A stretch of 64,000 nucleotides of DNA from Macrostomum lignano (Eukaryota), in contig NIVC01002065.1 of assembly GCA_002269645.1 (NCBI GenBank), forward strand, positions 124,001 to 188,000. Direction: 5' to 3'. Position numbers and translations under genes: made by a program. Positions 40,958 to 52,502 of this stretch are shown here, piece after piece; the first letter of the stretch is position 1, and every line of letters begins with the position of its first letter. Below the pieces are notes generated by a model. The model made no database searches. It was not told the DNA's origin and was given only the letters and a program-made list of their open reading frames with translations.

Positions 40958-42090
40958 AATGAGAATCGCCCCTCACTACCCTTTGAGAATCGCCCCTCAC
41001 TATCCTATGAGAATCGCCCCTCACTATCCTATGACAATCGCCCCTCATTATCCTATGAGAATCGCCCCTCACTATCCTACTAGAATCGCCCCTCACTATC
41101 CCACTAGAATCGCCCCTCACTATCCTATGAGATTCGCCCTTCACTATCCTATGAGAATCGCCCCTTCACTATCCTGTGAGATTCGCCCTTCACTATCCTA
41201 CTAGAATCGCCCCTCACTATCCTATGAGAATCGCCCTCACTATCCTATGAGAATCGCTTCTCACTATCCTATGAGAATCGCCCCTCACTGTCCTATTAGA
41301 ATCGCCCCTCACTGTCCTATGAGAATCGCCCCTCACTATCCTATGAGAATCGCCCCTCACTGTCCTATGAGAATCGCCCCTCACTATTCTATGAGAATCG
41401 CCCTCACTATCCTATGAGAATCGCCCCTCACTATCCTATGAGAATCGCTTCTCACTATCCTATGAGAATCGCCCCTCACTATCCTATGAGAATCGCCCCT
41501 CACTATTCTATGAGAATCGCCCTCACTATCCTATGAGAATCGCCCCTCACTATCCTATGAGAATCGCTTCTCACTATCCTATGAGAATCGCCCCTCACTA
41601 TCCTATGAGAATCGCCCCTCACTGTCCTATGAGAATCGCCCTCACTATCCTATGAGAATCGCCCTCACTATCCTATGACAATCGCCCCTCACTATCCTAT
41701 GAGAATCGCCCCTCACTATCCTATGAGAATCGCCCCTCATTATCCTTTGAGAATCGCCCCTCACTATCCCACTAGAATCGCCCCTCACTATCCTATTAGG
41801 ATCGCTCCTTCACTATCCTATGAGAATCGCCCCTTCACTATCCTGTGAGATTCGCCCCTCACTATCCTACTAGAATCGCCCCTCACTATCCTATGAGAAT
41901 CGCTTCTCACTATCCTATGAGAATCGCCCCTCACTGTCCTATGAGAATCGCCCCTCACTATCCTATGAGAATCGCCCCTCACTATCCTATGAGAATCGCC
42001 CCTCACTATCCTATGAGAATCGCCCCTCACTATCCTATGAGAATTGCCCCTCACTATCCTATGAGAATCGCCCCTCACTATCCTATGACA
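40958..42090 (+). repeat. 24-bp minisatellite (~47 copies)
   Basis: Unit GAGAATCGCCCCTCACTATCCTAT. Confidence 0.95.
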
Positions 42091-42355
42091 ATCGCTCCTT
42101 ATGTCACTTTCTATCTTTTATCCTTAGCAAGTACCTCTGTTCTTATTCTTACTATTCGGTATTTTACTGGCTCCTACGATTGAAAACTGCCTTGTTATTC
42201 TATGTAATGAAAGCCCTATTCGCCCCTGAACTTCATCGATTGGTTAAAAATCGCCCTTTAACACAGCTGTAAGAATCGCAGGATATCTCATCTGCTAGGA
42301 GTAAATCATTTAACCATAAATAGATGAAATTTGAAATCCCTGTCTCGCCTTGCAG

Positions 42356-42767
42356 GCGTTCGCGTCGCCATTCGAGGCTGATCCGCAGCTGTCGCTGAAA
42401 ATCCTCTGCGAGCCGGCACCCAGCAGCCGCTTCCGCTACGTTGGCGAAGTGGAGCAGTTTCGCGTCAGCGCAGGGCCCAAAGCCATTGGCAGCGTTCTGT
42501 ATGGCGGTCGGCCGGTAGACAAGAACAGTCGCGTCACCCTGCAGCTGCAAGCGAATCGGCCGACAGACGCCGCTTTGTTCGCCTTTCTGGTCAGAGCGAA
42601 CCAGTCTGACAAGCTGCACGTGTTCGAACTGATTGGTATCGACTGCGAGTGCGGCTTCCTGTACTCTAAGTTCCGGTTGGACAATGGACCGCAGGAGCTC
42701 AAGTGAGTCGCTGTAGATAGATGAATAGATAGATAGATAAATGATAGATAGATGGATAGATAGATAA

Positions 42768-42799
<32 letters not shown>

Positions 42800-43248
42800 A
42801 TGATAGATGGATAGATAGTAGATAGCGAGAAAGAGCGAGCGAAGCGAGCTCTTTCGAGCTTGCTTGCCGCAGCCAATCAAGCTGAAAGCACGCACACAAG
42901 ATCACCGGAAACGATTAAGGCAGCTGGAAAGCCAATGGGCGCGGTAAGCGCTTTTATCCAGAGGAACTACCTGCTGGAACCAGCCATGCCGAACGAAAAT
43001 CAGACTACTCAAGTAGTGCAAAAGAGTACGTGCAACTACCGAGAAATCTAATTTTCGTAACCGCTCCGGTGCAGGTCCTGGCTATAGATAGTAGATAGCG
43101 AGAAAGAGCGAGCGAAGCGAGCGAATAGATAGATGGATAGATAGATAGATAGATAGATAGATAAATGATAGATAGATGGATAGATAGATAGATAGATAGA
43201 TAGATAAATGATAGATAGATGGATAGATAGATAGATAGATAGATAAAT

Positions 43249-43343
<95 letters not shown>

Positions 43344-43461
43344 GGATAGATAGATAGATAGATAGATAGATAAATGATAGATAGATGGATAGATAGATAG
43401 ATAGATAGATAGATAAATGATAGATAGATGGATAGATAGATAGATAGATAGATAGATAAAT

Positions 43462-43544
<83 letters not shown>

Positions 43545-46500
43545 GATAGATAGATAGATTTATAAAAGTAAAAAAATCAATAAAACAGGCTTATGATCTG
43601 CTTTCAGTAACACAATCCTGATTTTCCCATCTTAGTGTTAGAATTTTTCGTGTCAAGTCAAACAGAACAGTATTCCGTCTTTCCACTTTAAGTCGCCGTT
43701 GAGTCCGTACTCATTGGAGTCAATGCGGACTCAATGCTTGGCTGAAAGTGTAAAAATGACGATTAAAGCGCTTCTCAAAATTCGAGTAGCTACAGTACTC
43801 AGTACTCAGAATCCGATGCTTAGCTAGCAAAGCTAAGGTCAATTATGAGTCTGCATCACGTGCCAGTAGCTGTTGTCAACAACTGCTGCGCTCCCATGCG
43901 CCAGCTTTGGAGTACTACTCAAGAGATTCTATACAGATGCGGACGCCTCTTAATGAGCGGGAAACAGTGTGGAGCGCCGCACGCTTTATAAAAAATGTTT
44001 CTTTACGTTGGAATGAAAAGCTTTTTGCCGCATCGCAGTCGCTGCTTTCCGCCCTCTTTGTCGTCTTAAAGAATTGCTGCATTGGTGAGAGGCAAAATTT
44101 CCCATTAATTATCTTGGCATGAATATTTCATAAGCGTACTTTAGCGATGCATTTGGATGGCTTCTGTATTGAAATTTCGACATAGTGTCTGGAATAGAAA
44201 CTTCAGCCAGATGGAAAAGCAAGGATTTTTATATATATAAAAAGGAACGAAACTGCTACCAAAACTTATAGCCGTTTAGACTTAGACTTAGCTGTACAAG
44301 CTATTTTTTTTCAAATCCACGGCTTCCAACTCCTAGAGATTTCATGCTTAAAATGCTTAAAATACGAGACTTGGAGTTCTAGTCCCAGCATCTGGAGTGA
44401 AAACTACTGACAAGTCCATGGAGTTCTAACTCTTAAACCAGGAACTGAAACGCTGATGAGAAATCTTGAGTTCTAGACCCGGAGTCTGAATTAAAAGCTA
44501 CAGCCAAGTCCATGGAGTTCTAACTCTTAAACCAGGAACTGAAACGCTGATGAGAAATCTTTGAGTTCTAGTCCCAGCATCTGGAGTGAAAGCTACAGCC
44601 AAGTCCATGGAGTTCTAATTCTTAAACCAGGAACAGCAACGCTGATGAGAAGTCATTGAGTTCTAGTCCCAGCATCTGGAGTGAAAGCTACAGCCAAGTC
44701 CATGGAGTTCTAATCCTTAAACCAGGAACAGCAACGCTGATGAGAAATCTTTGAGTTCTAGTCCCAGCATCTGGAGTGAAAGCTACAGCCAAGTCCATGG
44801 AGTTCTAATCCTTAAACCAGGAACAGCAACGCTGATGAGAAGTCATTGAGTTCTAGACCCGGGATTGTTAATTCAAAACTACTGCGAAATGCTTGGAGTT
44901 TTGTATGGCGTGCTATTTTACCTGGCCTGCTCTAACAGCTATTTATTATGCGCCGTGCCTCGTCTACCTGCAGTTTTTCATTCCGGAAAAATGAAAGAAA
45001 CGGCCACGCCACACCATAACTATTGCGCCCAGATCTAGACTCAGCCAGTTCTTGGGATGAAATTCCCCTCATATTTTATGCTATTGCCTCGCGTGCAACT
45101 GGCCAATGAGACTATTGCTAATGCTCACTAGCTGGACTATTGAGTTTCATTGTTGAATAGTGGCATAGCTCAGGTTTTTTCTGCTTTTTTTAATTGAATT
45201 GTCCAACGGCTGTGCTGTCCAATCATTCTATTTTAACGAGCGACTTGCCTCAGCTAGTTATATGAATGGCGTTGATAATAGTTCCGCCGACTATTGGACT
45301 GGCGCCAGTATCCAGTTGGAACTGCAAATTGTATTTTTAGCTTTACGATTATAGAAAAAAATAATAATACAAGGTCGGGGTTGACTTTGACACGAGCGCG
45401 TTTACGAGTAATCGTTTTCGTCTTTAAAATGGAAAAAATACGAGTATGTTTATTTTTTTAATTTCAGTTCATATTTTTCTTTAAAAAACTATCATAGCTC
45501 TAACTATGATGTTTTGTTTAAAATAATATGATTCTTTTGCAGTGGTTCAGTGGAAAAAAAATCATGCATTTTTATGATAGAACGAAGCAGAGAAACATTA
45601 GTATGCTCTGGTTAACAATTGGCTGGTGGTGAAAACGTATCGCATATGTTTTTGGGTGTTCTATAAAAATAAAAGCACAAAAACTCTATAGCTCAATTAA
45701 TTTTAAAAAGTTATCTGAAAAAAATTGTTGTATGTTATCAGTTATTTGTATCAGATGATAGCGGTTGGTTTTGCTGCTTCTGTTGGCTGTTGTTGACTCT
45801 TGCTTGCTAATCAACCGAATCATCAGCCGGTGCAGGCCGTGTGATTAACTGTTCCAATCACTTCAATCTTCACGCGGCCGCCCATGCCCGGCGCTCCGCC
45901 CACTCCGCCGCGCGCTCCTCGCGATAGATTCGGCGCCGCGTAGCTGCCGCCGCCGCCTCCGCCACGAGGTTCTATGCCGTCCACTCCTCCGCCGCTGTAG
46001 CCGCCTCCGCCTCCGCCGCCTCCATTTTGAGAGCCTAGCTTGCCACCTCCGCCGCCGCCTCCGCCGTAGCCGCCGTTGGCAGGCTTTCCAACTCCGCCGC
46101 TCCATCCGCCTGTCCGGGACCGTCCGTCTAGACCGGAATTTGGACCACCGAATCGCCATCCGTCCGATAGCCAGCCGGCTCCACCACCGCCAAGACCGTG
46201 GTTGTTGTTGGTGCTGACGCTGGTTGGTTGCGGCGCGCCCTGGCCGCCGACGCCGCCGTAACCGACACCGGTAGCGTCGCTAACCGACTGAGTGCCGTTC
46301 TCACTGTCTGTCGCGTTCCCGCCGTTGGTCATTTGGGCAGCGCCGCCACCTCCACCAGCGGCCAGCAGTAGTACGGGCGTATCAGTCGCGTTTTTATACA
46401 CAAAGCTACCGCCTCCGCCTCCGCCGCCGTTGTCAACAGTACTTTGGTCGGCGCCGCGTCGGCCGACGACGATGGTCAAATTGTCGGTCTCGCTAAGCGT

Positions 46501-48531
46501 GAATGCCGCCTCTTTATAGGCGCCAAGACCGCCAGTTCGGCTTAACTGACCGCCGCCATGGGCGCCCCAGGCGCGGATGCGGTAGCAACCGGCGCCAAGG
46601 ACTGGCGTGTAGTACATAGGCGTTCCCATGTGGCTCGGCGTGTCATCTGAGGGAAAAAGATAATTGTAAACATTTCGACTGGCTTTGTTGCACTAAATTA
46701 GAAAGTACACTACCATTGAAGGCTTCCAAATGGGCTTCCAATAGTGACAGTTAAAATAGATATACATCGAATCCACTGATCAGCATTTGCGCTCAAATGT
46801 TTCATATTACAAATCGATTTGAAATCCTTTAATTGGCTTCATCAGTCAGAAATTATACAATTAGAGTGTGTCATCCTGTTCACCTATGGAACAAATGTTC
46901 GGACCAATGTTGGAAACATTATAAGGACAAATAAAGCAACATTTTCAGATGGTTAAGCTGATAAGCGTTTAAGCTAGCTCGTATATAGTAATCACTATGC
47001 CATTATTTCGGGCAGAAATCCTTACCTGACGCTTGCGGTAACTTTTTAAAAGCTTATTTTCTCCTCTATGCTTTTTAGTGCAAGCTAAACCACACCAAAG
47101 AAGAATTTTATACCTTGCTAGATATCTTCCGTCACTGTAGCTAGGCAAACAATGAGTTGTTTAAATAATAATCCTAACTACACAATTACAACCTGCTTAG
47201 TATCAGATTGTTAATATGCTGCGAATAAAAGCTTCTTGGTAAATCAAACATCATTTGTTTGTAGAGCTTCAGCTAGAGAGATGGTGAGAGTAAGAAACAA
47301 ATTATCCATAGTAGAGAGTTGCTACCTCCTCGTGAAAGTCTACTGCTCCTGGTAGAAGAATCGATGAAAGCTACTACTCGGGCCTCTCACCATTCTCGTA
47401 GACTGCGTCTAGCTGGCTCTGGCAGCCGGCCCAGGTGCTATTCCGATCCTTGCTATAGTAGGCGGCGGTGCAAGCCGATCCGCCCGGCGTCTGTTGCACC
47501 CAAAGCTGGCGCAGGTCGCAAGCGGAGCCTAGTAGGCACTGGCCGCCGGCGCCCAACTGGTAGACTGTGCAGGCTTCCGAATAGGCGCACTCGGTTGCGC
47601 AAACGTCCGGCGAAGAGATCGGGGCAAAGCTACGAAAAGTGGCATTCAACGGGGTTGGAACGCTCGGTGTCGCGTTGGCGCAAAATCCGTCGGCTAGTCG
47701 GTTGAACACGATGCGATATCCGCTGGCGTCTTGGGCCAGCGTTGACAATAAGATAGCTGCTATGAGTGACAGGCTCATGCTAATGCAAATTCCTCTCTGC
47801 TAGATCTGCGCGTCGCTTCGTTTGTTTGGTGTATCGCTTAGCCTTGGCAACCGCTTGTCAATTATATGCCGGTGGGTACTTGTTTTTTACCGCCCTTGGG
47901 AGGCCACTGCGGGGAAGACTTTATTGGATAGCAGCAATGGACTAGCAAATCATGTCTTATGTCTGATTGGCCAGTGTTTGATGCTGACGTCAATTCCCAA
48001 AAAGTTCCTACGGAAGGTATTGTCTATTGTAAAATAGGCCCCAACGCATGCTGCAGTATCATGCCTACGTTGCGATATGGAAAAGGCTGTTTTTGGCTTT
48101 CATGAAAGAAGTTTGACGGGAACGAGTTTTCTTGTTATGAAATATGAAGTAATCGTTTATACAAAAAAACATTTCTATTGCAATAAATGTATTTCAAACA
48201 TGCAGAAAGTTTCAACCTGTTTGCTGACTGTCTTTTATTTCAAATATAAATACAAATTGGCGTGTACACATAGAATGTGTTGGATTTCTGCTTCCGTTCC
48301 TTCTGCCAGCTTGTCAGATCGACCTGCGAGCGTACAGCCAAGTAAACTAGGACAAATCTCTGGGCTATCCAGTTTCACTATCAGTTGAGATTTTATGTCG
48401 TTATACATGTACTTTTACAAATTTTGATAAAATTAAAAACTTTTTTATCCTTTCTCTTTATATAGCATCTTCTACAACGCCTTACATGTACTGTCCAACA
48501 GAGACTATGATAGACAGACAGACAGACACTA

Positions 48532-48566
<35 letters not shown>

Positions 48567-50170
48567 TATATAACCTCAATGAAATTCGTCTCTCTTTAAC
48601 AGGCTTGATAAGCATTGTATCATGAAGTACAAGAAGGGTGATATTAAACAGGCCGTTCAAAACCGATGGGACAAATTGAAAAGCATGTCCTGGTATCACC
48701 CCCATCTAAGTAAGTAGGTTCTATAGTTTTATAATGTAATTGTTCCTTTTGAAATACTTTTTGTGCTGCCATCGTATCATTACTTTCAAATATTCTAGAT
48801 CACTCACGTTTTTCAGTCTGTTCCTGCCATCTGTCAGTCTGTTCCTGTCATCTGTCAGTCTGTTCCTGTCATCTGTCAGTCTGTTCCTGCCATCTGTCAG
48901 TCTGTTCCTGCCATCTGTCAGTCTGTTCCTGCCATCTGTCAGTCTGTTCCTGTCATCTGTCAGTATGTTCCTGTCATCTGTCAGTCTGTTCCTGTCATCT
49001 GTCACTACTGTCAGTATGTTCCTGTCATCTGTCAGTCTGTTCCTGTCATCTGTCAGTCTGTTCCTGCCATCTGTCAGTATGTTCCTGTCATGTCAGTATG
49101 TTCCTGTCATCTGTCAGTCTGTTCCTGTCATCTGTCAGTCTGTTCCTGTCATCTGTCAGTCTGTTCCTGTCATCTGTCAGTCTGTTCCTGTCATCTGTCA
49201 GTCTGTTCCTGTCATCTGTCAGTATGTTCCTGTCATCTGTCAGTCTTTTCCGTCTTTTGTTTGCCTATCCTTCTGCCTGATTGTCTACGTCTGTTTGCCT
49301 GTCAATCTTCTCACTCTCCAAATCTACTGTCCCTGCTGTCTTAGTTGTCAAAACAGCTCGTCACAACCTCCTCCCCATATAGATCAGTGGATGGACGACC
49401 TGTCCCGCTGCTCCAGCCTGAAGGAATGCGGCGGCTCGGTCCGCATCCGGTTCTTGCTCTGCCCCATGCTGCCAGATGAGTCTGCTGACGGCCAACAACA
49501 GCTGGACTTCTCTGCTGCTGTTAGCGTTGTCACTGAGACTATCTCTTGTGAGTAGTGAGCAATTATAGCTAATTATATGCTCATCTGTGTACTTTTTTAG
49601 ACCAGCTCGAAGGAGTTCCCGCCCTGACAATTCCATTTCCAATGTGTTGTTTTGTTCGCAGTTAAAGCACTACTCGCAGTAGTAAATCGGTGCAAACCTG
49701 TTTGTTTCAAACTTCCAGCCAGTTCCAGCTCGAGTGCCGACAGTCTGAAAATTCAGGACTTCAATCCGACGACCATAATTCTTTCGACCGACGATCCCAG
49801 CCTGAAAACCAATTCGATCTGGGTTGAGCTGAAAGACGCAGTTAGTAAGGTTCAACATTTTACCTGCAATGCTTAAAAATTTGAAAGTTTAAAGGAAAAA
49901 TCCTGAGTTACCTTTGAGAACTTACTGACATTGAATTGAGTATTTTTGTGATTTTTTCTTGCTTTTAGATAAGTCGGACAAAGTGTTTGTATACATTTTA
50001 ATTAGCAACCAACGGCTGGAGTGCGAAGTCAAGGCTTCCAATGGGGTGAGTTGGAATAGTTTGCATTGTATTTCATATTTCATAAATGGTGAGCAATCCT
50101 TGTTGCTTATTTGTTGTTCGTCAGACCTGTGAACTGTTTGACTCCGGTCTAAGGCTTTTAGACACAATCG

Positions 50171-50254
<84 letters not shown>

Positions 50255-50343
50255 TAGTGTCTGTCTTAGTGTCTGTCTTAGTGTCTGTCTTAGTGTCTCT
50301 CTTTCTGCCTTAGTGTCTGTCTGTCTGTCTGTCTGTCTGTCTT

Positions 50344-50390
<47 letters not shown>

Positions 50391-50463
50391 TAGTGTCTGT
50401 CTGTCTGTCTGTCTTAGTGTCTCTCTTTCTGCCTTAGTGTCTGTCTGTCTGTCTGTCTGTCTT

Positions 50464-50498
<35 letters not shown>

Positions 50499-51078
50499 GT
50501 CTGTCTGTCTTTCTGTCTGTCTGTCTGTCTGTCTATCTGTCTGTCTGTCTGTCTGTCTGTCTTTCAGTTTGTCTGCCTTAGTGTCTGTCTGTCTATCTTA
50601 GTATCTGTCTGTTTTTGTCTCATTCTATGGATATTATCAGCTGGTGTGAGTTTGTTAGACTCCGACCTGAATTTAGACTAAATACGGTATTATATTTTTC
50701 CTGCAAAGCCTTGGAAAGATTTTCTAAGCAACGGAAGTTTCCTCTCTGTCTACTTGGGCCGCCCTCCGCCCCCGTATTTACCAGAAACTGGTCAAGTTCT
50801 CTCCGCCCAGCCTGGACGAAGTGCGGAAGGTCTGCAAGGACGAGCGTATTGCCGCCAGTTTTAAAGTTAAAAAATTGTCGCCACGCGATCGAAGCGACGA
50901 CGATGGCCAGCTTGATGAGGCGGAGAGTCTGGAGTGCAACCTGCTGCTAGTGACGCCGGCCCTGCCATCCATAGGCCAGCGGCCGCCAAAGCAGGCCCGG
51001 CTGCGTCGGAACGCGACCGAACCCGATGCGAACGATTTCTCTTACTTGAAGGATCTCCGTGGAGACTATGACAACTGA
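42356..51078 (+). CDS. Divergent NF-kB/Rel-type Rel homology domain + IPT protein; exons 42356-42702, 48603-48709, 49383-49547, 49662 (or 49719)-49844, 50729-51078; no initiator ATG located
   Basis: Collinear RHD landmarks: [15 protein letters not shown] (cf. LQILEQPKQRGFRFRYVCE), [13 protein letters not shown] (cf. HAHSLVGKHCEDG), [16 protein letters not shown] (cf. IQCVKKKD), SVRIRFLL...VVTETIS (cf. VVRLMF...VVSDAIYD), SLKIQD (cf. NLKIVR), [11 protein letters not shown] (cf. VHRQFAIVFKTP) and basic PPKQARLRR. All introns are GT-AG with matching phases (2,1,1,1), giving 1152 nt open to TGA. Confidence 0.8.
42716..43560 (+). repeat. (GATA)n microsatellite complex, interrupted by 42830-43130
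   Basis: Long GATA/GGAT/AAAT runs. TAGATAGTAGATAGCGAGAAAGAGCGAGCGAAGCGAGC is duplicated near 42812 and 43087. Confidence 0.95.
44340..44870 (+). repeat. ~95-bp tandem repeat (~5.5 copies) built from two GAGTTCTA-headed subunits
   Basis: GAGTTCTAGTCCCAGCATCTGG at 44563, 44658 and 44753. Confidence 0.9.
45823..47778 (-). CDS. Secreted protein: signal peptide + PAN/apple-like domain + ALK/LTK-type glycine-rich domain; exons 47778-47391 and 46646-45823; nested antisense in the Rel-like gene intron
   Basis: [20 protein letters not shown] signal-like N-terminus; C..C....C.VYQL...GQCLL PAN pattern; [56 protein letters not shown] and GGYGGGGGG match the ALK/LTK glycine-rich layout. Phase-1 G|GTGAGA donor and TTTTCCCTCAG|AT acceptor. 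A small extra exon cannot be excluded. Confidence 0.85.
47960..47995 (-). promoter_or_regulatory. Candidate proximal promoter of the nested gene (CCAAT box and CRE)
   Basis: GATTGGCC at 47965-47972 (CCAAT on the minus strand) and TGACGTCA at 47985-47992, about 190-210 bp upstream of ATG 47778. Confidence 0.3.
48815..49250 (+). repeat. 21-bp minisatellite in Rel-like gene intron 2
   Basis: Unit TCTGTTCCTG(T/C)CATCTGTCAG. A short (GACA)n run at 48522-48563 precedes exon 2. Confidence 0.95.
50170..50615 (+). repeat. (TCTG)n microsatellite in Rel-like gene intron 4
   Basis: Direct observation, with TTAGTG interruptions. Confidence 0.95.
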
Positions 51079-52502
51079 ATACTTCACTGAGCTTTCCTTG
51101 AAAATTTTAACTGTACTTTTATCTGATCGGATATTGGCTTAGTTAAAATAAGTTGTTGCAAAAAATCTATACACACTACTGTTAGCGCCAGTGTCTTAAA
51201 TACAGTAAGATACGCCACTTTTCTATATCCTCAGGAGTAAGCTTATAGAAAGAAGGCCAGTTGAAGTGACTTGTAGGCGTAAACAAACTTGACAATCTGT
51301 GGCAGCCGTAATGTACATTAGCCAGCGCCACTGAGAATGTACATAGCATGGCAGCTTTAAGCTGGAACACCGAGAGAAAAGCAATAAAAGAACGAGAGAA
51401 AAGCGGGGGTGCGGCGCTTTTATAAACCCGAAATTTTACAATGTCAAAATACACGGAAGACGTAGGAGACTATTCGACTTTATGAAATTTCAGTATAGTG
51501 AAGAGTAGCGGTATTTTTGAGTTTTCGATGTTGTGAAATTTCGGGTTAGTGAAATTTCGACTTTATGGAATTCCGAGGCTGTAAATTTTCCGTGTTGTGA
51601 TCTTTGGACATTGTGAAAATTCGAGTTTATGAAACGACCCCGCGATGTTGTATCGAAAGACTTGTTGAAAGGGTTTAAGCTATGGAGAGAAAAAAGAAGG
51701 CCCATTAACGTATTTATATTTTTCTAAAATTAGAAACATTTAAATATGCTTCTAATAAACTGAAAGTAGTATATACGCAAAATCGGTTCATCCAGAAGAT
51801 TGCTGCCAACCGATTTCGCCTTGTCTCAATTTCTCTGCCAATAAATAGGCTTTAACCGAATCGCACTAGCTACTACTAACTAAATTTGAGAAAGCCAGTA
51901 GTATTGGAGTCTATTTCTCAAAAAATCTTGTGGCTAATATCAATATTGAAGATACTCTTATATTCAAAGCATTTTAGGAGTAGCATGTTTGGGCAAAATC
52001 TTCATAAACAATTACGCAGATGTACGAGCGTATGTCTTACTATTTTAACGAAATTGTAAATTTTTCATTTGTTTCAAACTTTTTAAAAAACATTAAGCGC
52101 CTTACTAAATGCATAAAAACAAGTACAAAGACAATGTATATATTTGATTATTGCTTTTCTATGCTGTTGTGTTTGTTTGTTTCTTTTATTTATCACAAAT
52201 ACAGTGCGTAAAACCTAATACTACTAGAAGTAGACGGGAAGAGTATTCCGTATCTTAGAAAGTTTTATCAATAATTTTTGAAGCTCGCATTGTCATCCAC
52301 TTAGTAAGTCTATATTAAATTCATATTTTGAGTTTAAGAACTTGCCTTCGAGCTTAATTGGTATCCCTTTATTAGGCATATTACTAATTGGCTGGCGAAG
52401 CATTGAATTAACAAAACACCGCTCATTTACTCCCGCCTTTTACCCACGCAGACTGACTAAAAAAAATTAACGTCTAGAACTATCTCAGTCCTATATACTA
52501 AC

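Noticed and set aside
48740-49382. First ~215 aa of the 271-aa ORF
   Set aside because: Read-through of an intronic 21-bp array. Only 49383-49547 is a real exon.
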